Shown here piece after piece: positions 12,651-25,346 of a stretch of 64,000 nucleotides of DNA (the first letter of the stretch is position 1; every line of letters begins with the position of its first letter). The stretch covers positions 372,001 to 436,000 of the forward strand of contig CBFDEM010000018.1 of the NCBI GenBank assembly GCA_965603825.1, in the 5' to 3' direction. The stretch is from Blepharisma stoltei ATCC 30299. Its lineage: Eukaryota; Protista; Ciliophora. Both the position numbers and the translations under genes were made by a program. The notes beneath the pieces are model-generated. The model searched no databases. It was not told where the DNA came from and saw only the letters and a list, made by a program, of their open reading frames with translations.

Positions 12651-13778
12651 ATGAATTCTTTACAATGCATTGATTACTCTTTTCTAAGAGCTCCTTATGA
12701 AGAGCTAAACAGCAAGTTCCACACCACTAAAAGAATGCTGGAAAAAGAAATTTCATTTGCCGCTTCCCATTTGAAGCTTATGAAAAAATATTCAGAAAAT
12801 CTTGATAGGCAGCAAGCCAAAGCTACAATCCAAGGCTTAATTAATAGACTTAGACTCCTAAGGTCTTCACTTGAAACCTGCTATGAAGAAGAAGACAATT
12901 TAATTGAAATAATTGACGCAAGAACCAAACACCTGAGCACCAAAGAAAATAACGCAATTTCTAGGTTTTACAGGCTTGTAGAAGAACATTATGCCCGACA
13001 AGGCGATTTAGACTTTGTCACTAAGCTCAGTGAGAAAACCCACACCAGCCAATTTGTTGATATAGAAATATTTCAAAAAGGAAAAAAAATAATCGCAGAC
13101 CTCCAAGCTTGTGACGTGAATTCTGCTTTAGACTGATGTGATGCCCACAAGTCAAAGCTGAGAAAGCTAAAATCGTCTTTAGAATTTGAGCTGAAGCTTC
13201 AAAAGTTCGTAGAAATGATAAGAGATAGAAATATGATGGGGGCAATTAATTATGCAAGAAGCCATTTTGGACAATATCCAGACAATCAGAGCAGAATTCA
13301 GCATGCCATGATGCTGCTGGCTGTGGTGCATAGAAAAGATGATTTTTCTGAATATTGTAAACTTCTAGATGACAGTCGATGGAAAGAATTAATTGCACTT
13401 TTTTGGAAAGAAATGCTAAAAGTCTATAATATGACTACAGAGTCGCCTTTTGCGATTGCATTGAGAGCTGGGCTGGCTGCTTTAAAAACTCCTCTTTGTG
13501 CCAAGATTGAGTGCAGATCTGAGGAATGTCCTATGTGCCAGCCGAATTTTCAAGCGCTGGTTTCTGATATCCCACATGCTCATCATTCACATTCGTCGTT
13601 GTTGTGTAGACTTATGGGGACTGTAATGAGTGAAAATAATCTGCCAGTGGTGCTTCCCAATGGGCAGGCGTTTAGTGAACAAGGGATAAAAAAGATAATA
13701 AAAGATGGAAAAGTTATTTGTCCAATATCTGGGAAACAGTTCAGTGGGCAGCAGATATCGAAAATATATGTTGTTTAA
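12651..13778 (+). CDS. MAEA: CTLH/GID E3 ligase subunit MAEA (Fyv10/Gid9), ~375 aa
   Basis: LRAPYEELN start; ALD-W(TGA 13134)-CDAHKSKLRKLKSSLEFEL; AGLAALKTP.C; CP.C; PHAHHSHS.L.C; LPNG; C-terminal CP. Confidence 0.92.
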
Positions 13779-13810
13779 GATAAATTTATTATTAGAATTA
13801 TAACTAGTCA

Positions 13811-15043
13811 TTATAAAGTATGTATTTTTTCAACACTCACCAGCTTACACATGCTTAGCCCCAGCACAATTACCAACCCTACGAGCCCTGAAAAAATCCA
13901 CACAAATCTATACTCATTCTGTATTTTCTGGTTAACCAATTTTGTTTTTTCATGCGATCTATTAGCAGCTTCTTCCAGCTGTTTTCCAGTCCCTAATGTA
14001 TTGCTTGCTTGTTCATCCACAGTATTCTGTATCGGTTTCAAAATCCCTTGTCCTGACACATAATCCTGCAAGCTTTTCACCTTATCCAAAATCCCTGCAG
14101 CCTTTGCCCCTACTTTCGTTATATATTCATTGCTATCTATTGCAAAAGTATCATCTACATGCAAAACCATAATAGCGTCCCTCACTTTTTCAATCCTTTG
14201 CTTCAGATTTTTCGCCATCAGCTTCATATCTCCAATTTTATTTTGTATATCAATCAATTCTTGGCTTTCAGAAATATTTTGTATCCTTTGTGTAAGCTCA
14301 ATAGTTTCATTTTTCACCACAGAAAGCTCAGTTTTGAAGTTTTCCTGCATCATTTTTAAAGCTTCGAATTGATTTCCTTCTTGTATTGGGATTTCTGACC
14401 TGATGCTTGAAATATCAAATACAGCGAATGAGTTTTCTCCTGTGTTTGCGCTGATTCCTATATAGGGTTTTGACATTAAAGAAGTGGCGAAGTCTATGCA
14501 TTTGGTTTTGGGTTTGCCTTTTTGCCAGGTATAGACTGTAAGTTTGTTAGGGATACTTTCTATTTCCATATGGAATTCACCTTTCATTTGAGTTGTGCAG
14601 GAAGGAAGATTACTGACAAAAGTGAGGTTTAGAGGGGGATTTTCGTTGTATTGGTAACCCATTATTTCTTGCTTGCCTGGATTTATGACGACGGCGATGC
14701 CTTTGAAATCTTCGGTGACTCCATAAATGATTCCAGTTGCAAAAAGCTCAGGGTTGTGTTGGGAAAACCAGAATGTAGCGCCAATATCTTCTACTATGCT
14801 GGCGCCAGAGATGAACATTTCTATTTCAATCACAACTAGACTGTCTTCTAATGTAGTTTTTGAGATAAGTGCTCCGACTTTATGCTGCAGCGGAGGTGCT
14901 AATCTTACATATTTCTTCAATGGGACCGCAGATCCAATCGAGTCAAACTTATGTGCATGCTCCGGAATAAGTGGACTTTTAAAGCTATGCGAATCCAGCT
15001 CTGCATCTGCAAAGAAGAATAGCAAAAAAAACCTTAAAATCAT
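13811..15043 (-). CDS. L-type lectin cargo receptor (ERGIC-53/VIP36-like)
   Basis: Signal peptide, HSFKSP, YVRLAP, G...DFKGIAV, PYIGISANTG, coiled coil, TM, short tail. Confidence 0.75.
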   Translation of the reverse strand: MILRFFLLFFFADAELDSHSFKSPLIPEHAHKFDSIGSAVPLKKYVRLAPPLQHKVGALISKTTLEDSLVVIEIEMFISGASIVEDIGATFWFSQHNPELFATGIIYGVTEDFKGIAVVINPGKQEIMGYQYNENPPLNLTFVSNLPSCTTQMKGEFHMEIESIPNKLTVYTWQKGKPKTKCIDFATSLMSKPYIGISANTGENSFAVFDISSIRSEIPIQEGNQFEALKMMQENFKTELSVVKNETIELTQRIQNISESQELIDIQNKIGDMKLMAKNLKQRIEKVRDAIMVLHVDDTFAIDSNEYITKVGAKAAGILDKVKSLQDYVSGQGILKPIQNTVDEQASNTLGTGKQLEEAANRSHEKTKLVNQKIQNEYRFVWIFSGLVGLVIVLGLSMCKLVSVEKIHTL

Positions 15044-15053
15044 TATAAAAATA

Positions 15054-16067
15054 TTAAGATGAATTTGTTAAATATAAGTAAATCCAGAGAAGGAATACTG
15101 TTAGCACCCAAACCTTTGACATTTTTGAGAAAAATCCTTCGCCTCTGGCATTTGCTATACTATGTAAGGTTCCATCACTTCCTGCAGCAATTAAATTTCT
15201 GCTTCCCCATGTGAAATTTAATGCGGTTACTTTGGCGCTCATATCTTCTTTATCTTGCTCGAATTCCATTGTTCTTGTATTCATTATTTTAACAAAGCCA
15301 TCTTCTGTCCCGATTCCTAAATAGAAGCCGTCGAGGGAAAGAGTAAATGCGGTTATTGGTGAGGCGTGTAGCCTGTGCGTAACGATAGGTTTATAGTTTT
15401 CAAGGACATCCCAAAGGGTTATGTAGGAATTTTGGTCAGCAGCCACAGTATATAAAAAGTCACCACTTCTTGAAAATTTTACGCTTAAAATGGGTAAGTT
15501 CTTAGTATCATCATGTTCTGCAAAGTAAAGAGTTTTCACAAGCTGCTGGTTTTGGAAATTATAGATTTTACAAGAGCAATCTCTTGATGAAGACGCCAAC
15601 AAATTATTTTCTGACGAGAAGTCAATACAATTCACAGAGGCTTCATGGGCTGCACATTCCCATAATTTACTAATAGACCCTTCATTGAAACCCCAAAACT
15701 GGATAATTCCGTCAGCTCTCCCAGTTGCCACAATTTCATTTGTGTAAGAAATAGCTGAGGTTGTAAGTGATATGCCAGGCCTCCATCTACAAATTTCGTT
15801 GATATTGCTAATTAGTGGTTACTTTACTTCGTCTATTTTATAAACGACAACTGAATCTATGGAAGTTGCAATAATTATGTCTTTCTTAGTGCCCTGCTCA
15901 AGGGAAATATATGGGGATGGAGAGTTAAGGGTTGATAATAAAGGCAAATCGAGCTCTCTTAGAGAGTGTAAGGCCAAAGCTTCAGGGTAGCTTAGCAAAA
16001 GCTTGTCCTTGTAGCATAAAGCGGAGAGAACACTGGTAGTAGTTTGGTTTCTCTTGGGGCTGGCCAT
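15054..16067 (-). CDS. WD40 protein with C-terminal TM anchor (Sec12/PREB-like), ~332 aa; intron 15808-15822
   Basis: Removing gtaaccactaattag joins ORFs 15819-16067 and 15054-15731; WD repeats (ATGRADG..QFW, AHEASVNCIDFS, DGFYLGIGTEDG); hydrophobic C-terminus. Sec12 assignment is inferred from the architecture. Confidence 0.7.
15808..15822 (-). other. 15-nt intron
   Basis: gtaaccactaattag. Confidence 0.85.
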
Positions 16068-16341
16068 TAAATTATGGACAAATCTAATTAATACTTCCTC
16101 ATACTCAATTCAATTTTGAAGTTTCCCTTTAGATTATAAGCATTGAAATGAGGCTAAGCTTTATTAAACCTATACTTTCAAGTCATTTTAAATAATTTAA
16201 TTTTCAATATGAATATTTCACCTATTTATTTTTTAAAGTGCTCAGCTATTATATGAGCTATGGGGAATATTATATAATAATCAAATATTTAATTTAAACA
16301 TTTTGAAATGCTTTATGGATATAATTCACGGCTAAAAATAA

Positions 16342-17109
16342 ATGGAACTTGATAAGAAGACTGTGATTTATGTAGGAGGAGCACTTATTATATCAGCTGC
16401 AATCTATTACTTGTATTGCAAAACATTAAAAAAGACAAATCATGACATCAACCAGAATCAGCCAAAATTGGATTGTAAATTCAGAGAATTAGAAATTTTA
16501 ATTTCTGAAGGAACCAATGAAGGTTGGAACGAAATCAAGAAAACTGACACTTTCAACGTTTACAAAAAAGACACTGGAGACTCTCCAATTGCTATAATTA
16601 AAGCCTTCATTATCATAAAAGACACCTCTATTGAAGATGTCCATTTTGCTATATGAGATGGCGATTTCCGAAGATCATGGGATTCTGTCGCACAAGATTT
16701 TCAAGTAATTGAAAAAGTTGATGATCAGAACGACGTCATTTATTTTTATGCAAAAAGTCCTGTACCTTGGCTTGTATCAAATAGAGAATTTGTCCAGCAC
16801 AGAATGTATAGAAGAGATGGAGATAAAATTATGATTGTTTATTGGTCAGCTGACAGACCTGACAGAGCTGTCCCTGAAAATTGGGTGAGGGCAAATACTA
16901 TTATTTCAGGATATATTATTGAAAAAGGTGAAAATCCAGGAGAAGTCAAGGTGAATTTTATTACACAAAATGATGTAAAAGGAAGCATTCCTCCACAACT
17001 TATAAATACTTATGCTCCAATTAAGGCACTTAATTGGGTTAAAGAGCTAGGAAAAGCGTGCAAGCTACTACAAAATAATCGTCATAAAGGTATAATTCAT
17101 GAAAGTTAA
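16342..17109 (+). CDS. START-domain lipid-binding protein with N-terminal TM, ~255 aa
   Basis: W...K...NVYK; I-W(TGA 16654)-DGDFRRSWD; P.PWLVSNREFV; VRA..IISGY.I; DVKGSIP. Confidence 0.9.
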
Positions 17110-17170
17110 GCTGATATAAATTGCTTGACTAATATTGTTTGAATTTTTTTAAATATTGATTTTACTGAAA

Positions 17171-19822
17171 TTATTTCTTAAATGCCTTGATATAAGCATA
17201 AGCTCTGATATAACCCTCCATATCATTAAATGATTTATCATAATTTCCTCTTCGGCCTGATGATCATGCCAGCATATTTTGCAAAATTTTTCTAAGCCAT
17301 TCAGGTGTGATATACTTCAATTCTTTAAATAATTCATTATTCCAATCTGCAACAGATTCAAGCTTTACCATTTGCAAAAATACTAGACCAAGAGAAAAAA
17401 TATCTGATTTTTCAATATCGTCAGTGCTGGATAATTCTTTATTGATGTTTTCTGGAGAAGAATATCCTTCCTCGTTTTGGATGAAATTATTAAAATTTTC
17501 AGGAAATATGCATTCGCTATATATCTTTGCTTTTGGAATAAAAAATCCTGTTATTTTTATACATGATTGCGTGCTAAATACTATATTATGGGGCTTTATA
17601 TTGCGATGACAGTTAAAATTTTTTTTTAAGGCAATCAGTCCTTGAAAAATCATTAGTGCATAATGTAGTAGCTCATCTTCTTTATATTTAGTTTTATCTT
17701 TGCTTTTTTTTGAAATTTCTGACATTAAGCTCTCATTGCATCATTCCGTAACATTAGAAAATTCACAGCAGCTTTTATATGAATAAATTGACCCATAATA
17801 TTCTATAAACGTGGGATGGTTTCCATTTAATTTTTTTAGTACTTTAGCTTCTTTAACATATGGAAGTAAATTTGTGAAATCTTGGCTTCGATAAGTTCTT
17901 ATAAATACTAACTTTTCTTTGTAAAGACCTTTTAAAAATTCAACTGTAACTTCATTTGACAAATGCTTTAAATAGTTGGGTTTTAGGCAAAATTCAATTG
18001 AATGTGTGCTGATCATTTCGAGATTTTTTAAGTACTTATCAGCATCCATATTGGCATTTATTTGACTTTTATTAATAAATATTTGCATAGGTAAGGAATA
18101 TTCATTTTTATTTTCCTCATAATTCATAAAAATATCTAAACATTCTTTAAAATTGGCTCTTTCAGCACTATTTATAGCAAGCATCTTTCTTAATAAATTT
18201 GCTACATTTTTTGGTTTAAAAGTTGATACATAGTAATCAATTTCGCTCCAAAATGGAGGAGTGTTTAGCTCAGCAATTGGAAGCAAAGAGTACATCTGCA
18301 AAAATATTAAGCCTAAAGAATACACATCACATTTTTCTAAATTATCTAAGCTTTTTATCTCAGAATACCCTTCTTCATTAAGTTCAAAGATCTCAGGTGC
18401 TCTATAGTTGTCTTTTCATAAACAATATGTATTATTTGAATATAATGTAGGTCTATTTATTTCAAATCTTTCTGACAAACTAAATTCGGCAATTTTAAGC
18501 ATTCGATTTCCAGTTATTAATATATTATGAGGTTTAACATTTTTGTGCGCGATTCCTACTGATTCCAAAATAGAAAACGCATCTAATAAGCTAACAACTA
18601 TTTTTTGGTATTCTTGGTATGTATATTTTTGATTTTGCCTGCTATGCTTGATAATATCATTCATAAGTGTGCTATCAAATGCTTCACTAACAATAGCAAA
18701 AGCAGAGTAGCATTGTGAATTTTGAAAATCTGAAAGCTCCTTATACCAGCCTTTGTATTTCAAAAAGCATTGTCATTTTTCTGAAAGGTAGCTGAAGAGC
18801 TTGCATTCTTTTATAAATAAATTTGATGGACTATTGGACTTTTGATGGTAGAGCTTAATGCAAATTGGTATGGAATTGTCTAGAAATCCTTTGTAAGCTG
18901 AAATAAATGACCCTTCTTCATTGCATTCAGAGAGTCTGCATATCGACCCTCTTTTTTTAATTCTTTCAATTGATAACTCTGTTTTTTCGAAATCGTCCAT
19001 CTGAGAGACTCCAAAACTGTTCGATTGGTTTCTCTCATCAATGCCCCTTTTAAAGAAGCTGGCCTTTATATCATTAAGTTTAGGTCTAATGTCCTGAGCT
19101 ATCACATGCACTTCGTCAATAGAATCGATAAGGCCTATAAGCTGCTCTGCAATTTTTTCAAAGCTTTCTAAATCATCATTTGTAATAAGATCTTGATCAA
19201 GCAAAGCCTTTTCGGATTTAATTCATATTAAAGTGGAATCTACAACTTCTTTGGTTAGCCATTCGAAACCGCACTCTATTTCTGGATTAAATGATAATAG
19301 AAAGTTTAGATTTTCTATTAGCTTATCTTTATCTTCTGTTTGTGCGATCTGCTTTAATCTAGTGTCAATTTGAGTTTTAAGATTATTTCAGTCGGAATTT
19401 TCATTATGTTCCTTGATTACATTTTTTAATTTGTATCAGCTTATTGCATCCTCTAGCTTCACACAAAATTTCATATCTTCCTTGATCTTGTCTAATAATC
19501 TCGATAGCAAATTTTGACTTGTAAATTCAGAAATGCACCTTAGATGCACAGCAGCTTTCAGGGCTGATTGACACGAATTAAAAGTCAGAGGTCTTTGTAT
19601 AAGGATTTTAGAGATTTTGCAGGATTTGCACAGAATGATCATCAAAGTTTGTAAATTTTGATTATCTGCACAATTTTCTTTTATATTTTGTCTACTTTCT
19701 TTAAGATGGTCTAAATTAAGTGATTCCAATTCCTTTATAAGTTTATCTATATAACTGCTTTTTTTAAATGTGTTTCTGGTGTATTTTGTTATTTCATATC
19801 ACAAAAATACTTGGTTGATCAT
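17171..19822 (-). CDS. protein with helical N-terminus and two tandem pseudokinase domains, ~883 aa (8 TGA=Trp)
   Basis: ATG 19822 to TAA 17171 is one frame broken only by TGA and unites five ORF-track pieces; kinase-like motifs HKNVKPHN/YRAPE/DVYSLG and HRNIKPHN/YSSPE/DIFSLG. Confidence 0.82.
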
Positions 19823-20223
19823 TTTATTTTTAATTCTATAAATTTTGATTAATTAATTTTATAACACTGCTATAGCAAATCTTTATTTTCTAAACTGGTT
19901 TAAAATAAACAATTAATTGGTTCCTACTTTTTGTATAAAGTCCTGAAAGCTTTAATCTATGAAATATATCTTGACACTTCTAATTCTTTATGCGAAAGAA
20001 AATTAAGATGAAATACAAACCCAAAAGAAGAAATCGCTATGGCTATTTTCAAGCATAAAGATTTATCCATTTCAATAGGATTAAAATAATGTGTCCTATT
20101 GTTGAAAAGTTCTAAAACGCATGAATAGTTGATCTCAGAATTTTAAATAATGTTAAGCAAATTATTCAATTCTAGATATATTATCAGCAGCTTAACAATT
20201 AAAAATACCTTTAATAAAAGCAT

Positions 20224-21882
20224 TTAGCTTCTAAAGATTTCTAAACTTTCTTTAAAACTAGCCCTTTCGTTACTATTTTCAGCAAGCATTTTCTTCAATA
20301 AATTTGCTACGTTCCCTGGCTTAAAAGATGATACATAGCAGTCTATTTCACTCCAAAACGGCTCTGTGTTTAGCTCAGCTATCGGCAGTAGAGAGTACAT
20401 CTGCAAAAAAACTAATCCCAGCGAATATACATCACATTTTTTAATATCTATGCTTGTTCCATTAGCAATGCCTTTATGAATTTTAATAATTTCTGGAGCT
20501 AGATATTCGTCTTTTCATAAATAATCAGCATTGTTTGAGTATAGAGCATGGCTATTCATTAAAAAAGCATCTAAAAAATTGAATTCTACTATTTTTAGCG
20601 TTCGATTTTCAGTTATTAGTATATTATCCGGCTTTATATTGTTATGCATTATTCCTCTAGATTCCAACAAAGCAAATGCTTCTAAGAGACAAATAACGAT
20701 TCTTTGATATTCTTGATATGTATATTTTTGATTTTGGCTACTACAATTAACAATTTCGTCCATTAATGTATAAGTAAATCCTTCTGTAACAATGGCAAAA
20801 GCAGGAACATTTGCAGAACCTTTAAATTCTAAAAGCTCATGAAATCAGCCTTCGTATTTCAAAAAACATTGGTTTGTTTCAGACAAATTTCTTATTAGAT
20901 CTAATTCCTTTAAAAATAAAACTGGATACTCATTGCGGTTATGATAATAGATTTTGACACAGATTGGTATGGATCTGTCTAGCATGCCTTTATAAATTGA
21001 AATACTTGATTGCTCTTCTTTAGACTCTGAAGCAGAAGATATTGATTCAGTAAATGTAATTCTATTAAATGCTATCCTATTTTCATCAATATCTTTAGGA
21101 AATGTGCTACCACTATTCTCCTTATCATTTTCATCAACAGTTTTTAACTGAAAATCATGAGTTGTATTATCTAGCTTATCTAAACTTTTTTGTTTTTCCT
21201 CTCTTATTGCTGCAATAAACTCTTCAAGCTTTTTGAAATTATTTTCAAACTCAATAAGAGTTTCTTCGTCGCAAAATTTCGCATTTTCTTTCTCAGTTTC
21301 AATTCATTCTAATGAGACGCTGACAATAAAATCGATTATTGACTTTAATTCAACTTTTTCTTCTTGATTAAGTTTTATAACAAATTCAAAATTTTCCTTA
21401 AGCTTAATTATATCATTTTCTCTTGCAATCGAAAATAATATCTCTTCTACTTGGGTCCTCAGAGACTTTTCCGAAGGACCATTGATATTAGAATTAATTC
21501 TTTTTATTATTCTTCAGCAATCTAGAGCATCACTTAGTTTTTTACAATTTTGTATATTTTCTTCGAAGCAATTTATCAATTCCTCTATAGCCTCTTGAAC
21601 TGCATTTTCAGAATAACAAAGCAGATGAGTTGCAGCTTTAAGAGCTGAAATGCAATGCTTTAAATTCAAATTCCTTTTGTTCAATATTACACAAATTTTA
21701 CAAGCTTTATAAAGCACTTTGCCATACTCTTGATTGTCTTCAAAAATTGTTTTGCTTTTATCCCATCTGCGATTTAAGGTCTTTATTTTAGCGCCATTTG
21801 AAACTTTTAATAAATCTTTTAGATTCGCATTTTGATCCCCAGCTTGTTTTATTATTTTTCATCACAAGTGCTCTTCCTTCAT
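20224..21882 (-). CDS. paralogous single pseudokinase-domain protein, ~552 aa (6 TGA=Trp)
   Basis: ATG 21882 (MKEEHLWWKII) to TAA 20224 read continuously; HNNIKPDN, YLAPE, DVYSLG; collinear with 17171-19822. Confidence 0.82.
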
Positions 21883-22129
21883 CTTTATTATTCTATAATA
21901 ATTTAATATAATTGTTTACCCATAAATTTGCTAATTATTTTATCAACGGTATGTACAATCAATGACTATTCATATCTATAATAATATAAAATTATGCTAA
22001 CTATTATATTAAAATTTTTATCTGTCTGCTATTTACTATTAAAATCTATAAGATAATACTGATTTTATGGATAAAATATTATTTTACTCCTTATACCCAG
22101 AGTAATTAAATCAATTTACTTTATAAAAT

Positions 22130-22789
22130 ATGTCTTCATGCTTCTCATTCTTTTTGTGCAGGAGAAAGAAAAGCCAAGATTTAAGCTATAGAAAACCATC
22201 CAAAAAAAATAAAAGCATTGATCAAAATACTGTAAAGCTTCATTATGATTCAAAAATAAGTACTCTAATGGATCAGCCGCCTAAATTAAGAGCTTCTTTT
22301 CCATGCCTAAACTCTTACCATAGCACTTCTATAGCATCTCATCGATCATCAATAGCAGTAAAAAACTCAGCGAAATTTCTCCCATTAATTCAAAGCTCAG
22401 AAAGAACAGAGACCTCGAATTGTGAATATACAATTAATACTAACTCACAAAGAATTTCGACAGATTCAGCTATAAATGGAGTTCCACTAGCTCAAAAATC
22501 AAGAGCTGCTACTCTTGCCAATATAAATTCAGTAACTTGGTCGAAACGGTATAGTAATGAAAATCCTTTGACTAATTATAATTCGCCTTTTGTATCGAAC
22601 TCAGCAACACATAAACCAAAAATTGTTCCGACTACGCCAGAAAACTTCTTAAGAAGAAAACTATTTCCGAAAATTTCGAATAATAATGATGCTCAACTAT
22701 TTAACCAAAACTCAAATAAACAGTTCAATTTTGATATGAATATTGATGAATTTGATGGTGAAAGCTCTAATAGCTTAGTTAATTTATAA
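22130..22789 (+). CDS. hypothetical Ser/Asn-rich protein with Cys/basic N-terminus
   Basis: Clean ATG-TAA ORF flanked by AT-rich spacers. Confidence 0.65.
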   Translation: MSSCFSFFLCRRKKSQDLSYRKPSKKNKSIDQNTVKLHYDSKISTLMDQPPKLRASFPCLNSYHSTSIASHRSSIAVKNSAKFLPLIQSSERTETSNCEYTINTNSQRISTDSAINGVPLAQKSRAATLANINSVTWSKRYSNENPLTNYNSPFVSNSATHKPKIVPTTPENFLRRKLFPKISNNNDAQLFNQNSNKQFNFDMNIDEFDGESSNSLVNL

Positions 22790-23120
22790 ATTTTGCTTGT
22801 AAATAAATATGCTAATGCTAGCATGCTGTAATGTTTTATTTTTCAATTTTTGAGCTTTATTCAAAATATTCCTAATTGATTATTGTCTATTTAGTTACAA
22901 CAAACAAAATTTTAGACATTTTATTCTAAGAAGTCAAACTATTTATCAGAGAGAAAATTATTATATTGCTATCATATAAAATACATAAATTTGCTTGTAA
23001 AGCAGCATTAGCCTTAAGGATAAACTCTAAAGCTTAGGGAAAATGCAGAAAAAGCTAAAAACGAGAAAAAGATTCAACTTATATATCTCTTATCAAAATT
23101 TTAATTAAACTTCTCACCAT

Positions 23121-24398
23121 TTAGCTTATTTTTTCATTTTGATCCAAGTCGATAACAAATTGAGGCTTCTTCACTCCAGCCTTCATATTTCTTAACGTTA
23201 CAGGGCAATATTCTGCTTTTTTAGCAGAATTTAATATCGGATTATTCCTATTTCCAAAAGAAGGATTTGCCTCCACATCTTTAAATATATGTTCTTTTTT
23301 GAAGCTGCTCATACTTATAGACAATGGATCTTTTTGTTTATTTTCTTTTTGCCCTTTCAATAATGAATTTGCCATCGCCACTTTTTCCATTGTAGAATCT
23401 AAAGAAGCTGAATTCTCAGTATCATGTGCTATAGGGATTATTTTAAAATCAGATTTTTTATTGCTAAGTGGTGGTTTTGTAGCTGGCGATTCAGGGTTAA
23501 CTTTAAATAATTCATTTGATGCCTGGGGTTTATAAAAAAATTTATTGGATTGAGGAGAACTAAGTGAGCTTGTTGGTTTTGCTGGCGACATAGCATTTTT
23601 GGCTTGGATCTGGTCAATTATTTTGTTTTTATTCATAAGTGATCGATATGATTTTGACTGTGTATCACTAATAGACGTAGACGATACTGAAGATGATCTT
23701 TCTGATCTTAATCCTGACTCAAAGCCTTTGATTTTTTCTATGGCAATTTCATATTGATATTTCAAATCTATAAAATTTCTCTCTACCTCCTCACATTTTC
23801 TTTTATAAAGTTCTTTTTCTTCTGATATTTTCCGATTGTAGTCGTTGGTTTCTTTAGTTGTAGGCTGTTTTACTGTGGAATCTTCAAAATTGGCAGTCTT
23901 GTATATGTTTTTATCTCACTCGTCTTTATAAAATCCTTCACTCTTTATAGTGTCTTCTTGGCTAGAAAAATTCATTTCTGCTTTGATCATTGTGGATTTG
24001 GCATCTCGGTATTTTTGCTCAAAAATATCTTTCATTCGTTTTGCGTGCTCAAATTGGATTTTCATATCTGAGATGTCTTCGAATTGGTTTAATTGATTTC
24101 TTAGTAATTGATTTTCTTCTTCAAGAGCTGCATTTCTAGACTTAAGCTGACTTAGCTCTTGATTTGAAATATTAGCGGAATTTCTAAGTATTTCTTCTTC
24201 TTGCTCCTCCAAGCTATATACTCTTTTCTTTAAATATGAAATTTCACTGTCTTTAGCTTGGACAAGTGCTTTTAGTTCAGAAATTTTGACTTCCATCTGG
24301 CTTACTTGTGCAACATAAAATTGGTTGCTTCTGGCTAAATTATCAAGCTGTATTTTACCTTGAAAGCCATTTTGATCCTCTTGAGTAAAGCTTTTCAT
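23121..24398 (-). CDS. coiled-coil protein, ~425 aa (TGA 23916)
   Basis: Frame is open across TGA into ORF 23121-23765; heptad pattern in the N-terminal half. Confidence 0.75.
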
Positions 24399-24428
24399 AA
24401 TTATTTATCTCAAAATTTTAATTAATTA

Positions 24429-25307
24429 CTAAAAATATTTCGCTATTTCCATTACCAGAGACAGCGGCAGCTTATCAATATTTCCTTGGCATTTATTTTT
24501 CTTAGCCATTCTCCATACCCAAATAAAGTTTGCTCTTTTTTTCCACAGAAATTCCGAATAAAATTTCCATGAGCTGTGTCTTTTATTATAAACATGCAAA
24601 TTTTTATTTTCATCCATCAATCCTATCAAATCCCCTGACATTGCGCACGATGTATTTCTAAAAAATCCATTTCTATACAAATATGGTGCTAAATAAATTT
24701 TTTGGTTTTCCATTTCAATCCAATAGCAAAAATTGCTTAAGCATGAAGACTCAGTCCTTCCTCCTACAATCATTAAATTGTTATCAAGTGGAAAGCATCC
24801 ACAAGCTTCAAGTCCTAATGGAAGTTTAAGCGGAAGTTCTATTGTCTGTTGTGTTGCACACTCATATTGATACACTTTGTCAGTGATAAATTCTTTAGCT
24901 CCACCTATAAAATAGATGCTACCATTCATATAGCATTTTCCTGGGAATAAAACTCCATTGATTTTTATATCTGCAATTCTGCATAGTTTGCTTTTAGGAG
25001 AAAACCTGTAGCTGACGTTCCCAATTATGTATATTTCTTTATCAGTTGCGACTAATGAATGATAATTGTGAACTTCAAGCTCGTTTAAGTGGATTTTATG
25101 GGTCCAAATATTAACACTCCATAAATTTGAATTGTCTAAAATGTATATCTTGTCGTTTAGCAAAGCTAAATCTAATGGAGAAATGATTCCACGCTTGTTG
25201 ATAGGGATTTCTTTTATAGTTAAACCATTTCTGATATCTTTTGCAGTGATGCATAAGCTTGTTTTTGATATTGCCCAGACACAGTTTTTTAGCTCGTTTA
25301 ATTCCAT
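24429..25307 (-). CDS. kelch-repeat (beta-propeller) protein
   Basis: IYIIG, IYFIGG, LMIVGG repeats; C-terminal KLPLSLVMEIAKYF box. Confidence 0.75.
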   Translation of the reverse strand: MELNELKNCVWAISKTSLCITAKDIRNGLTIKEIPINKRGIISPLDLALLNDKIYILDNSNLWSVNIWTHKIHLNELEVHNYHSLVATDKEIYIIGNVSYRFSPKSKLCRIADIKINGVLFPGKCYMNGSIYFIGGAKEFITDKVYQYECATQQTIELPLKLPLGLEACGCFPLDNNLMIVGGRTESSCLSNFCYWIEMENQKIYLAPYLYRNGFFRNTSCAMSGDLIGLMDENKNLHVYNKRHSSWKFYSEFLWKKRANFIWVWRMAKKNKCQGNIDKLPLSLVMEIAKYF

Positions 25308-25346
25308 TTATTTATAATTTCTATTTTCTATTTAACTTATAGCCCC

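Noticed and set aside
17171-21882. Pseudogene interpretation of the fragmented kinase ORFs
   Set aside because: All breaks are in-frame TGA; no frameshifts or internal TAA/TAG.
21915-21930. ACCCATAAA USE-like motif
   Set aside because: Downstream sequence is unstructured AT-rich spacer with no recognisable RNA.
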